Assembly: GCA_963662335.2 (NCBI GenBank)
Contig: CAXXVD010000003.1
Span: 1-64,000 of the forward strand
Reading direction: 5' to 3'
DNA from: Chloroflexota bacterium
Lineage (GTDB): Bacteria; Chloroflexota; UBA11872; VXOZ01
Length of the DNA stretch: 64,000 nucleotides
Shown here: positions 58,952 through 64,000 of the stretch, one piece after another
Numbering within the stretch: position 1 is the first letter of the stretch
Layout: each line of letters starts with the position of its first letter
Notes under the pieces: model-generated
The model's database searches: none
Told to the model about the DNA's origin: nothing
The model's input: the letters and a program-made list of their open reading frames with translations, nothing else
Program-made: the position numbers and the translations under genes

Positions 58952-60181
58952 GTGATTTCCCTCGAAGACGGGGACTTGACACAGTTGCTGCGCGTCGGCG
59001 AACTGGACCGGGTCGAGTTCAAAGAGACTTTGCGCGGTGATGCGACTAAGAAAATTCGCGAAGCCATCTGTGCCTTTGCCAATGATCTCCCGGACTACCG
59101 CAAGCCGGGGGTCATATTCGTCGGCGCTCGGAATGACGGCAGTGTCACCGGCTTACCGGTAACAGATGAGCTTCTCCGGCAACTGGCGGATATGAAAACT
59201 GACGGCAACATTCTGCCGCCGCCATCGCTGACGGTTGAAAAGCGGTCGCTGTGCGGCAAGGATGTTGCGGTGGTGACTGTGCAGCCGTCCGATTCTCCGC
59301 CGGTACGCTACGATGGCCGGGTGGAAATCCGCATCGGTCCGCGTCGCGGCATCGCGACTGCGCAGGACGAACGCATCCTCAACGAGAAGCGCCGCTATAG
59401 AGACAAGCCATTCGACATACACACCATACCTTCCGCATCCTTGAGCGATCTCAACGTGGCTCAGTTTGAGTTTGAGTACCTAACGCAGGCCTTCTCTTCG
59501 GATGTCCTCAAAGCTAACAAGCGTAGCACTGAAGAGCAGTTGGCCGCGACGAAGATGATCGCCACCGTCCAAGAGCCATTGCCGACAGTGTTGGGGATAC
59601 TGATGATTGGGAAAAACCCGCAGGACTTCTTGCCGGGAGCTTACGTGCAATTCCTAAGGCTAAATGGAACGGACATTACAGGAGAAATCATTGACAGTCA
59701 GGAGCTTCGAGGGACTGTTCCCGATATTCTCCGACGCTTGGATGAGAAGCTGAGCGCACACAATCGGACTGCGGTGGACATCCTTTCCGGCCCGGTTGAG
59801 CAGCGAACCAGTCTCTATCCAATGGCAGCTATTCAGCAAATAGCCGGAAACGCCATTATGCATCGCACGTATGAGGGAACAAACGCTCCGGTGAGAGTTT
59901 ACTGGTATAACGATCGCATCGAGATAATGAGCCCCGGCGGGCTATATGGAGCAGTAAGCGCCGACAACATCGGTCTGTTTGGTGTTGCCGACTACCGCAA
60001 TCCGAACATGGCGGACGCTATGAAGACACTGGGCTTCGTGCAGCGTTTTGGCTACGGTATTTCGCAGGCTCGCCAGTTGCTGGAAGAGGCTGGTCATCCG
60101 GAACTAGAGTTTGCATTCCCGGAAAACCATGTCTTTGTGACCGTAAAGGCAAGGGTCGGTGAGGAGGGCAAAACACAATGA
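58952..60181 (+). CDS. AlbA_2 (Schlafen-like) domain plus HATPase_c_4 protein
   Basis: VEFK, ICAFAN, IFVG..NDG; NAIMHR.Y, DRIEIMSPG, RNP, GFVQRFGYG. Confidence 0.88.
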   Translation: MISLEDGDLTQLLRVGELDRVEFKETLRGDATKKIREAICAFANDLPDYRKPGVIFVGARNDGSVTGLPVTDELLRQLADMKTDGNILPPPSLTVEKRSLCGKDVAVVTVQPSDSPPVRYDGRVEIRIGPRRGIATAQDERILNEKRRYRDKPFDIHTIPSASLSDLNVAQFEFEYLTQAFSSDVLKANKRSTEEQLAATKMIATVQEPLPTVLGILMIGKNPQDFLPGAYVQFLRLNGTDITGEIIDSQELRGTVPDILRRLDEKLSAHNRTAVDILSGPVEQRTSLYPMAAIQQIAGNAIMHRTYEGTNAPVRVYWYNDRIEIMSPGGLYGAVSADNIGLFGVADYRNPNMADAMKTLGFVQRFGYGISQARQLLEEAGHPELEFAFPENHVFVTVKARVGEEGKTQ

Positions 60182-61206
60182 GCGTTCCTGTTCTCACCTT
60201 TTTCAACAATAAGGGCGGGGTTGGCAAGACCTCTCTCGTCTACCACTTAGCGTGGATGTATGCTGAATTGGGGGTAAGCGTTCTGGCAGCGGATCTTGAT
60301 CCACAAGCCAACCTCACCAGCATGTTTCTTGAAGATGGGCGCGTGGAAGCCCTCTGGGACGGAGACCCTGAAGCGAATTCTTCCGCGAATACTATCTTCC
60401 AATGTGTAGAGCCGCTCATGCAGGTTGGGGACTTGCAGCCCCCAAATCTGCAAGAAATCACACCGCAATTGAGCTTGCTGCCGGGGGACTTGGCGTTGGC
60501 AGGCTTTGAGGACACGCTGTCTGCCGAATGGCCGAACGCGCTAGATTCCGGAGACCCTTATAGATCTTTCCGAATTCTGACGGCATTCTCGACCATCATG
60601 CAAGAGGGCGCCAATTCTATGGATGCTTCAATCATCCTCGCGGATGTTGGCCCTAACCTCGGCGCAATCAACCGTTCGGCCTTAATAGCCACCGATTATG
60701 TAGTTATTCCCCTGGGGGCCGACCTGTTCTCTCTCCAGGGCTTGCGGAATCTGGGACCTACGCTTCGCTCGTGGCGGCAAGATTGGAAAAAGAGAAGGGA
60801 CAATTGGGCAGAGCCCGCGTTCCCGCTTCCCAAAGGGGGCATGAAGCCAGTCGGCTATGTGGTGCAGCAGTATGGGATTCGGCTCTCTCGCCCAGTTATG
60901 GCGTACGACAAGTGGGTTAATCGGATGCCGAATGAGTACGCGAAAAACTTGCTGGAGATTAGCCAAGGTCCTTACCCGAGCACACCGGAGCAAGATGACC
61001 ACTCTCTTGCTACTGTCAAGCACTATCGCAGTCTCGTACCCATGGCTCAAGAAGCGCGCAAACCAATCTTCAAGCTCACGCCCGCCGATGGCGCAATTGG
61101 TGGCCACGCTGCCGCCGCCTGGCAGGCCCGAGACGATTTCAAAGAGTTGGCTGAGAAGATTAAGGCTCTTTGGTCGCGGGAACATGCGGGTAGTGTAGCC
61201 GTCTGA
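60178..61206 (+). CDS. ParA family ATPase
   Basis: FNNKGGVGKT, DLDPQANLT, DVGPNLGAINR, DLFSLQGL; ATGA overlap. Confidence 0.9.
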   Translation: MSVPVLTFFNNKGGVGKTSLVYHLAWMYAELGVSVLAADLDPQANLTSMFLEDGRVEALWDGDPEANSSANTIFQCVEPLMQVGDLQPPNLQEITPQLSLLPGDLALAGFEDTLSAEWPNALDSGDPYRSFRILTAFSTIMQEGANSMDASIILADVGPNLGAINRSALIATDYVVIPLGADLFSLQGLRNLGPTLRSWRQDWKKRRDNWAEPAFPLPKGGMKPVGYVVQQYGIRLSRPVMAYDKWVNRMPNEYAKNLLEISQGPYPSTPEQDDHSLATVKHYRSLVPMAQEARKPIFKLTPADGAIGGHAAAAWQARDDFKELAEKIKALWSREHAGSVAV

Positions 61207-61409
61207 GCTGCGCTCCTTCCAGAACATCCGCCGACCACATTTCAGTCTTCAATCGTGTTTGGCTCTGCCGTCCCTTCTATGCCTGACTCGGCGTTTGCTG
61301 GTAGTTGCTTCAGCGTAATTCGCTTGTCTCTCACTATCTTGGCTAAGTACAATGCAGCCAGCAATGCGTTGATTTTCTCCGTGCGCCACGCCTTTGGGGG
61401 TCATTTGCT

Positions 61410-64000
61410 ATGGACAGAGACACATTCAAGAATCCCGGCGTCGAATATCGCGCCGTGCCGTTTTGGTCGTGGAACGACTGGTTGGAAGACGGCGAGTTGG
61501 TGCGGCAGATTGGCGAGATCGAGAAGGCCGGTTGGGGCGGCTTCTTCATGCACTCGCGGCTGGGGTTGGAGACGCCCTACATGACGCCGGAGTGGATGGA
61601 CCGCATTCGCGCGTGCGTCGAGGAAGCGCGGCGGCGGGGCATGCACGCCTGGCTCTACGACGAGGATAAGTGGCCCAGCGGCTTTGCCGGCGGCATGACC
61701 GCGCTCAAAGACCCCGACTACCGCATGAGAGTGCTCGCTTTGCGGGTGTTCAACCGCTACGACACCTATCCGGAGAGCGTGGCCGTATTCGCGGGCAACC
61801 TCGACAATGGCGTGCTCACCGGCGCGCGGCAGGTCGATAGCCAGCAGGACGACGCCCGCCTCACCTACCTGCAGTTTCATGAATGGATTGCGCCGCTCGG
61901 CAGCCCCTGGTTCAACGGCGCCGCGTACAGCGACCAACTCAGCGTGGCGGGCGTAGGCGAGTTCATCGAGAACACGTACGCCGCCTATCGAGAGGTCGTC
62001 GGCGACGACTTTGGCGGCGTGATTCCCGGCATCTTTACCGACGAGCCGAATTTTCTATCCTTCCATCAGGAGCACCCGGAGCTTTGCGTGCCTTGGACGA
62101 AAGGGTTTGCCGAGATATTCAAAGACAAATTCGGCTATGACCTCATTCCGCACCTGCCGTCGCTCTTCTATGACACCGGCGACTTTCGCAAAGTGCGCTA
62201 CCACTATTGGCGCGCCATCACGGAGCAGTTCGTGGAGGCGTTTTCCAAGCAGATCTACGACTGGTGCAACGAACACGACCTCAAGCTCACCGGACACTAC
62301 CTCTACGAGGATTCGCTGCAGCAGCAGGTGCCGGTCTCCGGCGCGGTGATGCCCCATTACGAGTACATGCACTACCCGGGCATGGACCACCTGCGGCGCG
62401 ACATCGAGAACCTCGTGACTCCCAAGCAACTGGACAGTGTTGCCTGCCAGCTTGGCAAGGAGCGCGCCCTTTCCGAGACCTACGGTTGCTCCGGCCAGAA
62501 CCTCTCGTTCGAGGGCCGCAAGTGGATTGGCGACTGGCAGTGCGTACTGGGCGTGAACTTCCTCAATCCGCATCTGTCGTCGTATACGCTGCGCGGCGCG
62601 CGCAAGCGGGACTACCCGCCCGACATCTTCTATCAGCAACCGTGGTGGCCCCACAATGCGCTGGTAGACGACTACTACGCTCGCCTCTCCTACGCGCTCA
62701 GCCAAGGCGAGCGGGTGGTGGATCTGCTGGTGGTGCATCCCATCGGCAGCGCGTGGTCGGTCTACCGTCCGCAGAATCCCCAGGCGGCGCGGGACGTCAA
62801 CGACCGGTGGGTGGCGCTCTCCACGCGGCTCTTGGAAGAGCACTTCGACTACCACTTTGGCGATGAATCGATAATGGCGCGGCACGGCCGGGTGGAAGAC
62901 GGCTGCCTGGTGGTGGGCCGCATGCGCTATCGCGTGGTCATCGTGCCGCCGAGCATCACGCTGGCGAGCACGACGGTGGCGTTGCTCCAGGCGTTCCGGG
63001 CCGCGGGCGGCGCGCTGTTCTTCTGCGAAGAAAAGCCGACCTTGGTGGAAGGCGAACCCGACGACGCGGTGGGAGCGCTGGCCGCCGCCTGCGAGACACT
63101 GCCGCTGGGAGACGAACCGCTGGCAACGACGCTGGCGCCGCACGTGACGCGGCCGGTGCGCGTGACCAACGGTGACGGCGGCGGCGTGCCCCACGTGTGG
63201 TACAACCTGCGGCGCAACGGCGGCGAGGATATTCTCTTCCTGGCGAACACGAGCCAGGAGGAGGGCGGCGACTACACCGTGCGCCTGCCAAACGGCGGCG
63301 CTTGGCAACTATGGGATGCGGCTACGGGCGACGTGGCGCCGCTGCCCGCGCGGGAGCCGGGGGCTAACGGCGCCGTCACGCTGCCGTTCGCGCCGGTAGG
63401 TTCGTACCTGCTCGTGAGTGATGGCAGCAGCGATGCCGAGGTGGCAGCGCCCGCGCCGCATTACACCGAATCTATCGCCGCGGGCGACACCTGGGACCTG
63501 GAACTGCTGGACCCGAACGCGCTAACACTTGACTACTGCGCCTGCCGCATTGGGGACGGCGCGTGGCAGGCGCCCGTGCCCCACCTCAAGGCCTTGGAGG
63601 TCCTACGGAGAGCCGGCAATCTGGAGCACATGCGCATACAGGGGGCCGGGGTGCCGTTTGCCGTGCGCTACACCTTTGAATCCGCTCTGCCGGCGGGGCG
63701 CGACCTCACGCTGGTGGTGGAGCGGCCGGCCGACTTCCGCATCGCGGTGAACGGCACGGCGGTCGCGCATGAACCGGGCGACGGCTACTGGCTGGATACC
63801 AGCTTCCGGCGCATTCCCATCGGCGCGCTCGCCCAACCCGGCACGAACACGATTACGTTGGAGGGCGTGACCAGCCTGGATATGGAGATCGAAGCCTGCT
63901 ACGTGATTGGCGACTTCGGCGTCGAGCAGAATGAGAGCGGTTTTCGGCTCGTGGCTGCTCCCACGCAGGCGCGGTCGGGCGACCTGACGCATCAAGGGCT
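61410..64000 (+). CDS. GH106-like glycoside hydrolase (alpha-L-rhamnosidase family), runs off the window
   Basis: Manual translation: PFWSWND, GGFFMHSR.GL, WLYDEDKWPSG, IFTDEP, LTGH; absent from the ORF track, presumably because no stop falls inside the window. Confidence 0.85.
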   Translation, partial: MDRDTFKNPGVEYRAVPFWSWNDWLEDGELVRQIGEIEKAGWGGFFMHSRLGLETPYMTPEWMDRIRACVEEARRRGMHAWLYDEDKWPSGFAGGMTALKDPDYRMRVLALRVFNRYDTYPESVAVFAGNLDNGVLTGARQVDSQQDDARLTYLQFHEWIAPLGSPWFNGAAYSDQLSVAGVGEFIENTYAAYREVVGDDFGGVIPGIFTDEPNFLSFHQEHPELCVPWTKGFAEIFKDKFGYDLIPHLPSLFYDTGDFRKVRYHYWRAITEQFVEAFSKQIYDWCNEHDLKLTGHYLYEDSLQQQVPVSGAVMPHYEYMHYPGMDHLRRDIENLVTPKQLDSVACQLGKERALSETYGCSGQNLSFEGRKWIGDWQCVLGVNFLNPHLSSYTLRGARKRDYPPDIFYQQPWWPHNALVDDYYARLSYALSQGERVVDLLVVHPIGSAWSVYRPQNPQAARDVNDRWVALSTRLLEEHFDYHFGDESIMARHGRVEDGCLVVGRMRYRVVIVPPSITLASTTVALLQAFRAAGGALFFCEEKPTLVEGEPDDAVGALAAACETLPLGDEPLATTLAPHVTRPVRVTNGDGGGVPHVWYNLRRNGGEDILFLANTSQEEGGDYTVRLPNGGAWQLWDAATGDVAPLPAREPGANGAVTLPFAPVGSYLLVSDGSSDAEVAAPAPHYTESIAAGDTWDLELLDPNALTLDYCACRIGDGAWQAPVPHLKALEVLRRAGNLEHMRIQGAGVPFAVRYTFESALPAGRDLTLVVERPADFRIAVNGTAVAHEPGDGYWLDTSFRRIPIGALAQPGTNTITLEGVTSLDMEIEACYVIGDFGVEQNESGFRLVAAPTQARSGDLTHQG

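Overview
High-GC bacterial chromosome segment, probably Chloroflexota-like (an inference from gene style and content, not tested). The backbone is housekeeping and metabolic: rplJ-rplL with an L10 leader, gnd, rlmB, aroQ, leuB, rnj, ftsK, fabF, cca, moaD/moaE, rpmI-rplT, uvrB, an EndoQ-like nuclease, and many hydrolases and aminotransferases. Intergenic space is packed with about seven REP-like palindrome families and nested MITE-like elements, and an IS30 has inserted into a REP array. Several visibly lower-GC accessory inserts are present: an R-M pair, a proteasome-beta-like Ntn hydrolase with a small partner, a Phd-MNT fusion with a HEPN toxin, an AlbA_2-HATPase plus ParA pair, and a PIN/IS1595/HicAB islet. 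The top finding is in that islet: a 98-nt tRNASec-shaped 8/4-fold 'allo-tRNA'-like gene (46829-46926) with an AGG (Pro) anticodon, Ser-type identity elements and its own sigma70-like promoter, converging on a small gene with a highly structured leader. A DnaA-box cluster with a basal-unwinding-like motif (32521-32880) is a candidate oriC unlinked to dnaA/dnaN. All calls are by eye; no searches were run.
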